DNA from: an uncultured Candidatus Rokubacteria bacterium
GTDB taxonomy: Bacteria; Methylomirabilota; Methylomirabilia; Rokubacteriales; CSP1-6
Reading direction: 5' to 3'
Assembly: GCA_963754315.1 (NCBI GenBank)
Contig: CAVWFS010000011.1
Span: forward strand, 192,001 to 256,000
Length of the DNA stretch: 64,000 bases
The position numbers were made by a program, and so were the translations under genes. This document shows, piece by piece, positions 1-10,463 of the stretch. A model generated the notes under the pieces. It saw only the letters and a list, made by a program, of their open reading frames with translations. It did not search any database and was not told the origin of the DNA. Numbering within the stretch: position 1 is the stretch's first letter; each line of letters starts with the position of its first letter.

Positions 1-1268
1 ACGATGGCGCCGAGACGCATGCGTTCTTGTGGGACCCGGCGACCGGGACGATGCATAATCTGGACGCTGTCGATGGGTCTTCCAGTCAGGCCGTCGCGGT
101 GAATGCCAGCGGCCAGGTCGCCGGCAACAGCACGACCATTGACGATCCCACAGAGGCGTTCTTGTGGGACCCGGCGACAAGGATGATGCGTCGTATCGGC
201 ACTCTCAGCTACAGCCGGAGTTTCGCCACCGCACTCAACGATCGTGGCCAGATCGCCGGAATCAACGACGGCCCCTTTCGCACCGAGTCGTTCTTGTGGG
301 ACCCCGTGACCGAACAGACGACTCCTCTCGGCACTCTCCCCGGTGACATCGACAGCGAAACCACGGCGATGAACAATCGTGGCCAGGTCGTCGGGTCCAG
401 CTATAATGCCGATCGCCAGCAGCATCCGTTCTTCTGGGACCCGGCGACGAAGAGGATGGAGAATCTCGGTTCCTTCGGCGGCAACGGCGCGCCCTTGGCG
501 GTGAACGATAGCGGGCAGGTCGTCGGCTCCAGCACTAATGCTGCTGGCAACGACCGTGCGTTCCTGTGGGACCCGACGACCAGGCACAATGGATGATATC
601 GGTACGCTTGGCGGCAACTCCAGCGGTGCCCTTGCGATCAACGCCAGCGGCCAGATCGTCGGGATCAGCTTCACTGCCGATGGCTTCCAGAACCATGCGA
701 CGCTCTGGACGCTCGGCGCTCATCTTTGGATCGGGCTTAAGAACAGCGACGATCAGGGTACACAGTTCGATCTTTTGGTAGAGGTACTCCACAACAACAA
801 CCTAGTTGCGTCGGGGCTAAGGCGATGCATTACCGGAGTGACGAGGAATCCTTCCCTGGCGACAAAAGCCGTGGTGGCGTTCGACGCTCCTTTTCAAGTC
901 GTGACACTGAATTCCGGAGATACGATGGCCTGAAGGTCTCCACGAGGATCGGCACCACTGCGACCAGTACCAAGTGCTTCGGGCCGGGAGGCAGCCACAA
1001 TAACGCGGGAGGCTTGCGGCTGTACTACGATTCAGCGAGTCGACCTTCACGGTTCGATGCGCCGATCGCGCCCAGGTCAACTGAAGACTATCTCCACTCC
1101 AACGACAGTGCGTGCGGTAGTAGGACAGGCGCCGGAGTCACGATGCTAACCCTGAACAACAACGCGCCGGCCGACCCAACCGCGAAGTGCAAGGATTCGG
1201 GCGGCCTCCACTTCGCGGGAGGGAATCCGTACAGCGTGATCGGCACTTGGCAAATGACACTGCCGTAG
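1..1268 (+). CDS. Extracellular HAF-type repeat (beta-propeller) protein with a C-terminal 'GLKNSDDQGT' domain; 5' end outside the window, two frameshifts (~590, ~930)
   Basis: Repeated 'AFLWDP.T..M..LG.L.G..S.A.A.N..GQVVG.S' units over ORFs 27..596, 538..933 and 825..1268; C-terminal domain homologous to 9660-10214. Confidence 0.8.
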
Positions 1269-1344
1269 GGTCAGCGCCTAGCGATATGGCATCGCACGGG
1301 TAGCATGGCGTGCTCATGCCTGCGAATAGAGACGGAATATTCGG

Positions 1345-1655
1345 GCTGCTTATTATCGGGCGCTGGGAATCTCCTCAGCACCGCCCTCGTCGGGGCTCTT
1401 CTCCCACCGGACGTGCCGGAGTGGCACATGCTCCGCGACTGGCTCATAATCCTCGGTTGGGCGTCGGCCACGTCCTCGACGCGATGACGGCGGCCCGCCA
1501 TCACATGGAGCTAAGGCAATCGGTGTTCGGCTGGCGGGCTGGAGTTCTACCGAGAGAGCAACCAGCGCACCCTCGCGACGTGGGCAGGCGTGGGGACGGA
1601 CCCGCTCCCGTGGCGAGCGGTGGAACATCGGGGCGCTGAACGTACTGAAGCGCGC
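1345..1655 (+). pseudogene. Degenerate copy of a small hypothetical gene (LL.TALVGALLPPDVPE.HMLR.WL...QSVFGWRA)
   Basis: Clear DNA similarity to the reverse complement of 14440-14730 and 18368-18426; frameshifted. Confidence 0.6.
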
Positions 1656-1780
1656 GCCCGGAGTGAGCAGACTGGTCGGGCTCGCCCCGTTTTCAGAGAC
1701 GGAACGTAAGAAGTGCGGACAAGCGCGGCAAGGGAGAACGGTATGAAGGGCCGAACTCCAGCGGGCTACGCCGTGCGGCA

Positions 1781-2215
1781 TCAGGGGCAGGGCACCGGCG
1801 TCCAGTTGACTGACTTCCGGGGGCCACACGGCTGAAGGCCGAATGACTGCTCGCACACGCCATACCCCTTGAGGTCGCTCAGGCGGAACACGATGTTGAG
1901 GAGAAGGGTGTCGGGGACAGGCCAATAGCCAGTGGTGAGAACCATCCGAATTTCCGGGCCGTCGTTGCCGCTAGTTGAGTGTGACGCTCCGCTGACGGGG
2001 CTTGCACCCCCAAACTCCCCCGGCAATGGGAGGACCTTACCTACAACAGTAGCGAGATCGGGCGTGGAAGGGTCGACAAAGAAGAAGAGGCTAAAGGTTG
2101 TCTCTACACTTGACAATTGCCAGCATACCGGTCCGATCGTAGCGGCAAGCACCGCGTTCGGGAGGGCCAGAACGCCGACGAGCGCGCACAGCGCGATGGC
2201 ACATGAGCGGATCAT
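1781..2215 (-). CDS. Secreted Cys-containing hypothetical protein (paralog of 14792-15226)
   Basis: AAGGA RBS, Sec-type signal peptide, shared motifs TIGP.CW, SPVSG, WTP.PC. Confidence 0.7.
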   Translation of the reverse strand: MIRSCAIALCALVGVLALPNAVLAATIGPVCWQLSSVETTFSLFFFVDPSTPDLATVVGKVLPLPGEFGGASPVSGASHSTSGNDGPEIRMVLTTGYWPVPDTLLLNIVFRLSDLKGYGVCEQSFGLQPCGPRKSVNWTPVPCP

Positions 2216-3002
2216 AGCGTGTCCTTTTCTCGATGGAGCCCTCTGCCTTGATGCCCCATCACCAGCATCGGTCTTGCCTGAACTTGCTCGAGTGGCACAT
2301 CTCGCCATTAGCTGTCTTTGCCAATGGCAGTTCCCCCTGTCAGGTCTGCTGCGCGTCACCCGTCTTCTCTTCCCCGAGAAGACTGCTAGCCAACAGGGAT
2401 AGGAAACTACTCGGAAAGGAAAGCTTCACCGTGAAGGCTCAGGAGCTGCCACAGCGGCGAGCTTCAGACTGAGCACTGGCGGGAGAGGTTGCGAATCGTG
2501 GTTTTCCATTCGAGGTGTAGACGTAGTTCGGCAAGATGCGTACCACGGTGGGTGAGATAGCTAACGTGCCAGCCAATGGAGCTTTCCCAGCAATACCGTC
2601 TGCCGGAGAGTGGACACGGGCAGTCAAGCCATCCTTATTTTGGTGCCTCTCTGACCACTTTCGTTGAATGAGTGTCCTCAACCAACAGACGGTGGTCGAT
2701 CCCGGATAACTGACACCTCAGCGTCAACATCCTCGCGCCTCCGTGGGGTGTCCCCACCCGCGCTCCTACCAGTCGCTCCTGAGGAGACGCTTGTTCCGAA
2801 CGGTGGCGCGGAATCAGCCTTGGTCACGAACAAGCACCAGGCAGGATTTGAGGGTCGATTTTTTCCACGGTTCGCAAGGCCCCGTTTGTCAGGTCGCGCG
2901 AAGACGGCCTATCGAACAAGCGACGGCAGCGGTGGCTCCAGGTCACCGAGTGGCAAGGAGTTCGCCCGGGCGGTCATCGCCACCACGGCCGAGAACCCGG
3001 GA

Positions 3003-3400
3003 TCAACAGGCCGCGGGCCGTAAGGTGAGGGAAGCAGTCAGAGTTGACGAAGGGAAGCCGCACGTCCCAATGCCGTGAGGCTCAAAAGGTCGGATCCGCA
3101 CATCTCGCGCTGTGGGCAGGTCGAGGCCCCGGTCTGCCGGCACGACCCGGATCTCGCCGACGTCACTCCTGAATCCCAGCCCGCGCCGCCGGCCCTCCGA
3201 CGCGAGCAGCAGCGCCCCGGCCATCGCGTTGGCCACATCGTCATGGGCCCCGGCTGGATGGTCGATCGCATCGCGGCCGCCCGTGGTGGTCCGGCGCTCG
3301 AGGGCCAAGAGCTGGCGCGTCAGCTGCGGGTCGTCCAGAAGTTCCACCGCACCGCTGGTGAGCAGGGGGAGCACGTCGCGGTAGATCTCCGACCGGGTCC
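3003..3400 (-). pseudogene. Phage terminase large subunit C-terminal (nuclease) fragment
   Basis: LPLLTSGAVELLDDPQL..QL..LERRT..GGRD.IDHP.GAHDDVANA motif typical of TerL C-termini; N-terminus missing. Confidence 0.65.
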
Positions 3401-3449
3401 GGTCAGCGGGCTTGTAGACGAAACGAGGTACGTCTCGCCCGCCGTCAGC

Positions 3450-5123
3450 TTATTGCTCCGCGGCCGCCTTCCTGCCATCGATGAGCGCGCGCACCTGAGC
3501 GCGTAGCTCCGCAATCTCCCGCTGCTGCCGCTGCAGTTCGTTGAGCAGCATCGCGGGCAGGACGTGGTAGCGGACACCAGCGGGCTGGCCGTCCTTGTCG
3601 AGCACCACCAGGTCGGGGTAGATCTCGGCCACCTCTTCGGCGATCAGGCCGTACTCCAGCGGCCCGTCGGGCGGGTGGCTGCGTGTATCGGAAGCTGACG
3701 GGACGAAGCTGTGCAGCGCACGGCTCTGCGTCGCCCAGGTCGTGAATGTCGTGTCTTGACCCGACGGGAGGAACTCGTGGTGCCAAGCTGTCCGGTGCTG
3801 TCGATCACGACCGCGAGCGCGTCGGCGACCCCGGTGGTCACGCCGAGGATGCCCGGCGATGAAGGTGGCCGTCTGGGTGCCCGGGGTGCCGATGCGGATG
3901 AGGGCGGTATCGGCGGCGGTGCCTTGGTTGCCGATGTGGATGTTGTTACTCCCCGTCGTCACATTGGCCCCGGCGAATTGGCCCCGATGGCGGTGTTGTT
4001 GCTGCCCGTGGTGTTGCTGGCGAGGGCGGCGGCCCCCATGGCGGTGTTGTCGGTGCCCGTGGTGTTGCTGATGAGGGCGCGGGCCCCCGCGGCGGTGTTG
4101 CTGCCCGTGGTGTTGTGGAGGGCCTGGGTCCCCATGGCGGTGTTGCGGTACCCGTGGTGTTGTGCGAGGGCGGTCACCCGTGGCGGTGTTGTTGCTGCCC
4201 GTGGTGTTGCTGGGAGGGCGGCGGCCCCCGTGGCGGTGTTGTCGGTGCCCGTGGTGTTGCTGACGAGGGCGTTGACCCCCGTGGCGGTGTTGCTGCTGCC
4301 CGTGGTGTTGCTGGCGAGGGCGCTGCCCCCGTGGCGGTATTGTTGCTGCCCGTGGTGTTGCTAGCGAGGGCGTTGATCCCCGTGGCGGTGTTGACGTTGC
4401 CCGTGGTGTTGCTGAAGAGGGCGGTGCGCCCCGTGGCGGTGTTCTCGCTGCCCGTGGTGTTGCTGGCGAGGGCGCCGAACCCCGTGGCGGTGTTGTGGTT
4501 GCCCGTGGTGTTGTTGAAGAGGGCGCCGCTCCCCGTGGCGGTGTTTTGAGCTGCCCGTGGTGTTGCTTTGAGGGCGCTGGAACCCCACGGCGGTGTTGTT
4601 GTTGCCCGTGGTGTTGCTGAGGAGGGCGCCGTCGCCCAGGGCGGTGTTGCCGTTCCCCAACTCCTCCACGTCGAGTGAAGTAGCCGTAGACATCGACCAC
4701 CAGATGGGTGTTGACGATCGACTGCACGATGACCGTTCCCCCCGCCCCGAGCCCGATATCGATGGCGTTGCCCACATCCTCGCCGGCGCCGAAATTCACC
4801 GCCGCCGTCTGGGGCAAGGGTCCGCTCGGCCAGGCGGCCATGTGCCCCGGCCCTTGCGGCTGGGTGACCGTGAAATTGAGCGCGGCGCCGGCCGCCGTGG
4901 TGGGGACGCCACAGTCGGTCCCCCCGGTGGTCACCCCGCCGATCTGGATGGTCCTGGGCATGTTCGCCTGGAGGGGCGTTCCCGTCACGCGGGTGTCGAG
5001 CGCCCGGCAGGGGGTGGCCAGCGGGATGAACTCCGGCCCGCTATGGGGCTGCGCGGCGGCCGAGGTGGCAAGGCTGAGCGTCAGGGCGAGCAGGAGCGTC
5101 AGGGACACACAAAGCGATGCCAT
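3450..5123 (-). CDS. Secreted fibre-like protein: signal peptide, PCRALDTR domain, ~14-aa NTTGSNNTA.G..AL (YadA-head-like) repeats, C-terminal peptidase S74-type chaperone and coiled coil; several frameshifts
   Basis: GGAG RBS before ATG 5123; ~42-bp tandem repeats ~3960-4650; SS.R.K..I..., YGLIAEEVAEIYPDLV, V.YH.LPAMLLNELQRQ motifs. Confidence 0.75.
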   Translation of the reverse strand: MASLCVSLTLLLALTLSLATSAAAQPHSGPEFIPLATPCRALDTRVTGTPLQANMPRTIQIGGVTTGGTDCGVPTTAAGAALNFTVTQPQGPGHMAAWPSGPLPQTAAVNFGAGEDVGNAIDIGLGAGGTVIVQSIVNTHLVVDVYGYFTRRGGVGERQHRPGRRRPPQQHHGQQQHRRGVPAPSKQHHGQLKTPPRGAAPSSTTPRATTTPPRGSAPSPATPRAARTPPRGAPPSSATPRATSTPPRGSTPSLATPRAATIPPRGQRPRQQHHGQQQHRHGGQRPRQQHHGHRQHRHGGRRPPSNTTGSNNTATGDRPRTTPRVPQHRHGDPGPPQHHGQQHRRGGPRPHQQHHGHRQHRHGGRRPRQQHHGQQQHRHRGQFAGANVTTGSNNIHIGNQGTAADTALIRIGTPGTQTATFIAGHPRRDHRGRRRARGRDRQHRTAWHHEFLPSGQDTTFTTWATQSRALHSFVPSASDTRSHPPDGPLEYGLIAEEVAEIYPDLVVLDKDGQPAGVRYHVLPAMLLNELQRQQREIAELRAQVRALIDGRKAAAEQ

Positions 5124-5361
5124 AAGTGCCCTCCCTCTCAAGGTGATAGGCCGCAATCGTGACACCGACGCCGCCCGGTCGGCAAGGGTGGCAGGCGGGA
5201 GGTGTGTCCGCGACGACCGTGACGACGCAGTCGGGGGGCGCGGGAGATGTTCGCGAGGGGCGTTGCGAGATTCTCCACTCCCTATCCTGAGGCTGGGGCA
5301 CATGATAGAGTGTGCTCCTATCCAGTTCCGCTTGCTAGGAACCAACACGATCGTGTAATAT

Positions 5362-5577
5362 GTGGCTGTGATGCCCGAGGCGAAGCGGTTCGCAGACCGG
5401 GTGAGGGCCCAGCGCATTACTCGCTCCTGGTCGATGCGCGACCTGGCCAGCCACGCCGGCATCCACGAGAACTACGTCGCCATGATTGAGAAGGGCAAGC
5501 AGGTGCCCTCCCTCGACGTGGCCGCGAGGATCGCCCGCGCCTTCAAGGTGCGCCTGGGCGAGCTGTTAGACCCCTGA
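5362..5577 (+). CDS. XRE-family HTH transcriptional regulator
   Basis: WSMRDLASHAGIHENYVAMIEKGKQVPSLDVAARIARAF helix-turn-helix pattern. Confidence 0.85.
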   Translation: MAVMPEAKRFADRVRAQRITRSWSMRDLASHAGIHENYVAMIEKGKQVPSLDVAARIARAFKVRLGELLDP

Positions 5578-5592
5578 GGGTGGGAGGACGCG

Positions 5593-6397
5593 ATGCGTCG
5601 AGGTGATGGGATCTATCTCCGGGGCAACACCTGGTGGCTGGACTTCACGTTCAAGGGTGAGCGGTACGTGGCCCGGCTGGCGAAGGGTGTCAACAAGACG
5701 GTGGCTCGTGACCTGGCCCGGGTGAAGCGGGGAGAGATCCTGACGGGGGCATCCGGGATCGGCCCCAAGGGCCCGAAGAAGGACCCGACGTTCGAGCAGG
5801 CTCGTACGGCCTTCCTGACGTGGGTGGCCACCAACAAGAAGCCTCGGACCCACCAGAGCTACGGGGAATGCTTGACGGCGCTCGGGACGGTATTCGGGGG
5901 ACGGCGGCTCTCCCAGATCGACGAGCTGAGCATCGAACGGCACAAGCGGACGCTGGTCGAGGCTGGGCACCTGGTCACGGCCACCGTCGGTCGCGGTGCT
6001 CCGGGCGATGATCAACCGGTGCCGGGTGGACTTGAAGATCTACGAAGGACCGACCCCTCGGATTCGACTGCTCAAAGAGCCCAAGGGGCGCCTTCGCTTC
6101 CTCGACGCCGAGGAGGAGGCCCGCGTGCTGGCCGTGGCCCGTGAGCCACTACGCACGATGATCCTGGTCGGCATCCACACCGGGCTCCGGATCAAGTCGG
6201 AAGCGTTGACGCTCCAGAAGCAGGACGTCGATCTGGCCCGTGGGCTTGTCACCGTCCAAGCGGCCTACGCCAAGAGCGGCAAGACGAGGACAGTCCCCTT
6301 GAATCACGTGGTCAAGGCGGCTCTGGCCAGGATCATTGAGCGGACCCCAATGGTTTTCACAACACCCTCCGCGACGGTGGTTGCGCTGTCGCGCTAA
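5593..6397 (+). pseudogene. Tyrosine recombinase/phage integrase, frameshifted (~5990) and truncated before the HxxR/Y catalytic motifs
   Basis: Arm-binding-like GIYLRGNTWWLDF; HTGLRIKSE box I and AKSGKTRTVPLN; no HDLRH or catalytic Tyr before the stop. Confidence 0.8.
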
Positions 6398-6417
6398 GAG
6401 TGCAGAATATCAGACGC

Positions 6418-6493
6418 GAGCCGTTAGCTCAGTTGGTAGAGCACCTGACTTTTAATCAGGGGGTCCCGGGTTCGAGTCCCGGACGGCTCACCA
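6418..6493 (+). tRNA. tRNA-Lys (anticodon TTT)
   Basis: 76 nt cloverleaf: GAGCCGT/ACGGCTC acceptor stem, TAGCTCAGTTGGTAGAGC D-arm, CCTGA-CTTTTAA-TCAGG anticodon arm, GGTTCGAGTCC T-arm, encoded CCA. Confidence 0.97.
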
Positions 6494-7729
6494 AGTAATT
6501 CTGCTGGGGTATCAGGAACTTCCGAAGCAGTGCTGCTCTCCGGATTCGAGCCCGAATCGGTGACATCGGTGACAAAAAAACCAAAATTTTCGTCATCGGT
6601 GACGACCAGCCGTGCGGCTTCGAGCCGGTCGATGACGCTCCGGTCCCCGGTGGGAATCCACGCGGCGTACCACCGCATCGTGGTCACCGGGCTCGCGTGG
6701 CCAAGCTGGGCGCTCACGTACGTGATCGGCGCATTGGCCTCCAGCAGATGCGTCGCGAAGCTGTGACGCAGGTCGTACAGGCGATGCTTCGGGCAGCCCG
6801 GCGCGGGCCATGATCTCCCGGAACCGGCGCGACACGTTGCGGCGCTCCAGGAACGTCCCCGCTGCCGTCGGGAAGATGTACGGGCTCGGCATCGGTCCCG
6901 CTGGCCAGCGCTGTCGACCTCGGCGCTCGCCTGGAGCGCGCTCAGCGCCTCGGCCAACCGACGCGTCACGTCCACATCCCGCGCCGCCTCCGTCTTGGTC
7001 GCCTTGATCGTCCCGGCCGCGCTCACCGCCCGCTCGACGTGGAGCGTCCGGCGCACCGGATCGAAGTCCTCGTACCGGAGGGCCAGCCCTTCACTCGGCC
7101 GCACACCCGTATCGGCGAGGGTGAGATAGAGCACGGCATCCCGGGGCGAGCACCAGCGCGCCACCGCGCCGAGGAAGATCGCCAGGTGCTCGCGCGACAA
7201 CGGCCGGATGTGCTTGGTGCGCTCCGCCTTGGACACCCGATCCGGCCGCTTGCGGCGCTCCTGCGCGAGCACGCGCGCCGGATTCTCGCTGATGATCCCG
7301 TCGCCCACCGCATCGCCGAGTAACACGCACAGGGTGGCGCGGATCAGGCGCGTGGAGTTGCCGGACAGCGTGTGCCGCTTGGTGGCGAGCAGCGCGCGGA
7401 TGTGGCCCCGGTGAATGTCCCGGACGCGGAAGCCGCCCAAGGTCGGCGCGATGTGCCGCGTGAACAACTGCCGGTAGCTGTCAAGCGTGCTCGCTTCGAT
7501 GGTCGCCGTCTGCTGCGGCGCCCACTCGTCCCACCACTCCTGCAGCGTGGCGTTGCGATGCGGGGAGACCGCCGGTTGCGGTTTGCCCGCTTCGATCTTC
7601 TGCTCGGCGAGCCACTGCTTCAGCTTCGCCCTTTGTGCGGAAGCTCTTACGGATGCGCTTCCCGGTGGCATCGAAGATGTCCGCCTGGAAGACGGTGCGG
7701 TTCGCCATCTTTCGCCTGCGTATCTTCAT
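6424..7729 (-). CDS. Tyrosine integrase (frameshifts ~7620 and ~6790-6900)
   Basis: N-terminal arm region (ORF 7481..7729), TGVRPSE, TKT, YDLRHSFAT, QLGH, TTMRWYA motifs. Confidence 0.85.
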
Positions 7730-7926
7730 CCTCGACGTCCTTTCCGTGACCGCTGTGTCAGATCCTTCGCCACGAACTGCACCAGCCTGGCCATCGGCTC
7801 AGGCATCCTCACGTGGCCCGTCTCCCATCGGCAAACGGTCACCAGGTGGACGCCGAGGCGTTGGCCGAGGGCGGCTTGGGTCAGGCCGAGGCGCGTGCGA
7901 AGCCGTCGAAGTTCGGGTCCGGTCAC
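7726..7926 (-). CDS. XRE-family HTH protein translationally coupled to the integrase
   Basis: LGLTQAALGQRLGVHLVTVCRWETG; stop overlaps the integrase ATG (ATGA). Confidence 0.85.
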   Translation of the reverse strand: MTGPELRRLRTRLGLTQAALGQRLGVHLVTVCRWETGHVRMPEPMARLVQFVAKDLTQRSRKGRRG

Positions 7927-7952
7927 GAGCTAATTTTAACATGATGCTAACT
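7927..7952 (-). promoter_or_regulatory. Extended -10 (TGnTAAAAT) 6 nt before GTG, overlapping an inverted repeat TTAACATGATGCTAA (probable autoregulatory operator)
   Basis: AT-rich palindromic patch directly upstream of the HTH gene. Confidence 0.5.
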
Positions 7953-8128
7953 AGTTTCTCGTCGCGAAACGCGTTCTTGTGAACGAAGTTTCGAGGATTT
8001 GAGGCACCTGAGCCGGCTCAGTGAGCGGAAGCGAGGGGGCAATCGCGTGGTTCCGTTGGGCCAGGGCGCTTACAGCAAGCACTTTGATGAACGCTTCGGT
8101 CTCAGGGCCGGTGAAGGGACACTTGCTG

Positions 8129-8256
8129 TCAGACCGCGCGGGGCTTGAGGAGTGTCGAGGCGGCGCGTCGGTGTCGTACGCGTCGCTGGCCCACGAGGTC
8201 GACGATCCGCAGCAGGTTGTTGGCCAGCACGACGGCTCCCACGAAGATGTGGAAGT
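8129..8256 (-). pseudogene. Possible IS transposase C-terminal remnant
   Basis: FVGAVVLANNLLRI resembles DDE (IS5/ISNCY-like) transposase C-termini; it abuts the truncated repeat gene. Confidence 0.35.
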
Positions 8257-9662
8257 GAACCCGGACGGCACAGCGTTCGAGGTGCTCCACGCGTTCATCT
8301 GTGTGAGCGACGGGTGCTTTCCCAGAGCGGGCCTGACGGCGGGCAGCGATGGGAAGTTCTACGGCACGAGCCTGAACGGCGGCGCCGCGGGGCGGGGGCA
8401 CGGTCTTCCGATTGAACCCGGACGGCACGGCGTTCGAGGTGCTCCACGCGTTCACCTGTGGGAGCGACGGGTGCGGTCCCTACGCGGGCCTGACGGCGGG
8501 CAGCGACGGGAAGTTCTACGGCACGACCCAACGTGGCGGCGCCTCGGGAAGGGGGGGCGATCTTCGCCATAGAAACTAGCGGTAGCATTCTCGGTGGTCA
8601 CCGCGCTCGGCTGCCGCACGCCGTGCTTTCCCGGCGCGGGCCTGACGGCGGGCAGCGACGGCAAGTTCTACGGCACGACCACGGAAGGCGGCGGCGCCGC
8701 GGGCGGAGGGCACGGTTTTCCGGTTGAACCCGGACGGCACGGCGTTCGAGGTGCTCCACGCGTTCGTCCTGTCGGGAGCGACGGGTGCTTTCCCATCGCG
8801 GGTCTGACGGTGGGCAGCGACGGGAAGTTCTACGGCACGACCTTGGTCGGCGGCGCCGCGGGCGGGGGCACGGTCTTCCGGTTGAACCCGGACGGCACGG
8901 CGTTCGAGGTGCTCCACGCGTTCATCTGTGAGAGCGACGGGTGCCTCCCTGCGCGGGCCTGACGGCGGGCAGCGACGGGAAGTTCTACGGCACGACCCAG
9001 GACGGCGGCGCCGCGGGCGGGGGCACGGTCTTCCGGCTGAACCCGGACGGCACGGCGTTCGAGGTGCTCCACGCGTTCACCTGTGCGAGCGACGGGTGCA
9101 CTTCCCTCGCGGGCCTGACGGCGGGCAGCGACGGGAAGTTCTACGGCACGACCCGAGGCGGCGGCGCCGCGGGCGGGGGCACGGTCTTCCGGGTGAACCC
9201 GGACGGCACAGCGTTCGAGGTGCTCCACGCGTTCATCTGTGAGAGCGACGGGTGTTTTCCCAGCGCGGGCCTGACGGCGGGCAGCGACGGGAAGTTCTAC
9301 GGCACGACCTCGTGCGGCGGCGGCCGCGGCGGGGGCACGGTCTTCCGGTTGAACCCGGACGGCACGGCGTTCGAGGTACTCCACACGTTCACCTGTGGGA
9401 GCGACGGGTGCGTTCCCGCCGCGGGCCTGACGGCGGGCAGCGACGGGAAGTTCTACGGCACGACCGACGGCGGCGGCGCCGCGGGCGGGGGCACGGTCTT
9501 TCGGTTGAACCCGGACGGCACGGCGTTCGAGGTGCTCCACGCGTTCACCTGTGAGAGCGGCGACGGGTGCGGTCCCGACGCAGGCCTGACGGCGGGCAGC
9601 GACGGGAAATTCTACGGCACGACCCGGTTCGGTGGCGGTGGGGGTGGAACGGTCTTTCGCCT
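8256..9662 (+). repeat. Coding tandem repeat, 156-bp period, about 9 units
   Basis: GACGGCAC anchor at 9046, 9202, 9358 and 9514 (exact 156 spacing); one diverged unit ~8560-8625. Confidence 0.9.
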
Positions 9663-10214
9663 TGCAATCCGCGTCTTTTTGCACGGCAGCGGGGGGACGG
9701 CTAATCCTCCGACCCCTTCCTCGATTCCGTCGTCCCGGTCGCGACGACGGCAAAGTACAAAGACTCTCCTGCTGTCAACTTCAGTGGTGGGAACCCCTGG
9801 AAACCGGTCGGCACGTGGAATGCCTCTCCGGCGGTTTCGGCGGGAGAACTTGCTTCGCTGAGCGCCCTTCACGTGTGGCTTGGTTTGAAGAACAGCGACG
9901 ACCAAGGGACACGGTTCGATCTCCAGGCTCAGATCCATAAGAATGACGAGCTCATAGCATCCGGAGTCACCCGGTGCATCGCGGACATAACGAGAAACGC
10001 GAACCTGGCTAGAGCGGTCACCGTCTCCTTCGATCCGTTCACCCCGGCGGCCGACTTCAACGGCACCACGGACGTCCTGAAGCTGACGGTGCGGACGCGG
10101 ATCGGAACGAATCCCGACGGTACGAAGTGTGCGGGCCATAACAATGCTGTCGGTCTGCGCCTCTACTTTGATGCGGTGAACCGAGCATCACTGTTCAGCG
10201 CCGAGGCTCCATGA
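8256..10214 (+). CDS. Gloeo_Verruco (TIGR03803-like) repeat beta-propeller protein with C-terminal 'GLKNSDDQGT' domain; 5'-truncated and frameshifted
   Basis: About nine 52-aa units DG..P.AGLTAGSDGKFYGTT..GG..G.GTVFRLNPDGTAFEVLHAF. Confidence 0.8.
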
Positions 10215-10463
10215 AGTGGCGCGGTGGGCAGTCGCCAGCGCGCGCAGGGAAGGCGACCTGAGGTGGGTGCGCGGACCGCGGTTGGCTCCGTGCACTCACC
10301 GAGCGCAGGCGGCAGCCTTGAGGTCAGAATCTTCTCGATGAGATGTTTCGATGTACCTCTGCGGCGAGTCGAGACGCAGAGGCTGTGCGGCGACCGCCGT
10401 CCCACACTTGCGGCAGAACGTGGCCCCTGGGCGATTCGATTCGCAGAGGTGTGTGGCATTCCG

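Noticed and set aside
2400..3000. Short ORFs in the lower-GC stretch
   Set aside because: No RBS or recognisable motif; probably decayed foreign DNA.
3960..4650. Short-period repeat as CRISPR or non-coding satellite
   Set aside because: The ~42-bp period encodes the 14-aa NTTGSNNTA repeat of the fibre gene.
1..8000. Intact prophage
   Set aside because: Only a terminase fragment and integrases are present; no capsid, portal, tail or lysis genes.
8256..9662. CRISPR array or DGR variable/template repeats
   Set aside because: Units are 156-bp protein-coding repeats without unique spacers; there is no cas or reverse transcriptase gene in the window.
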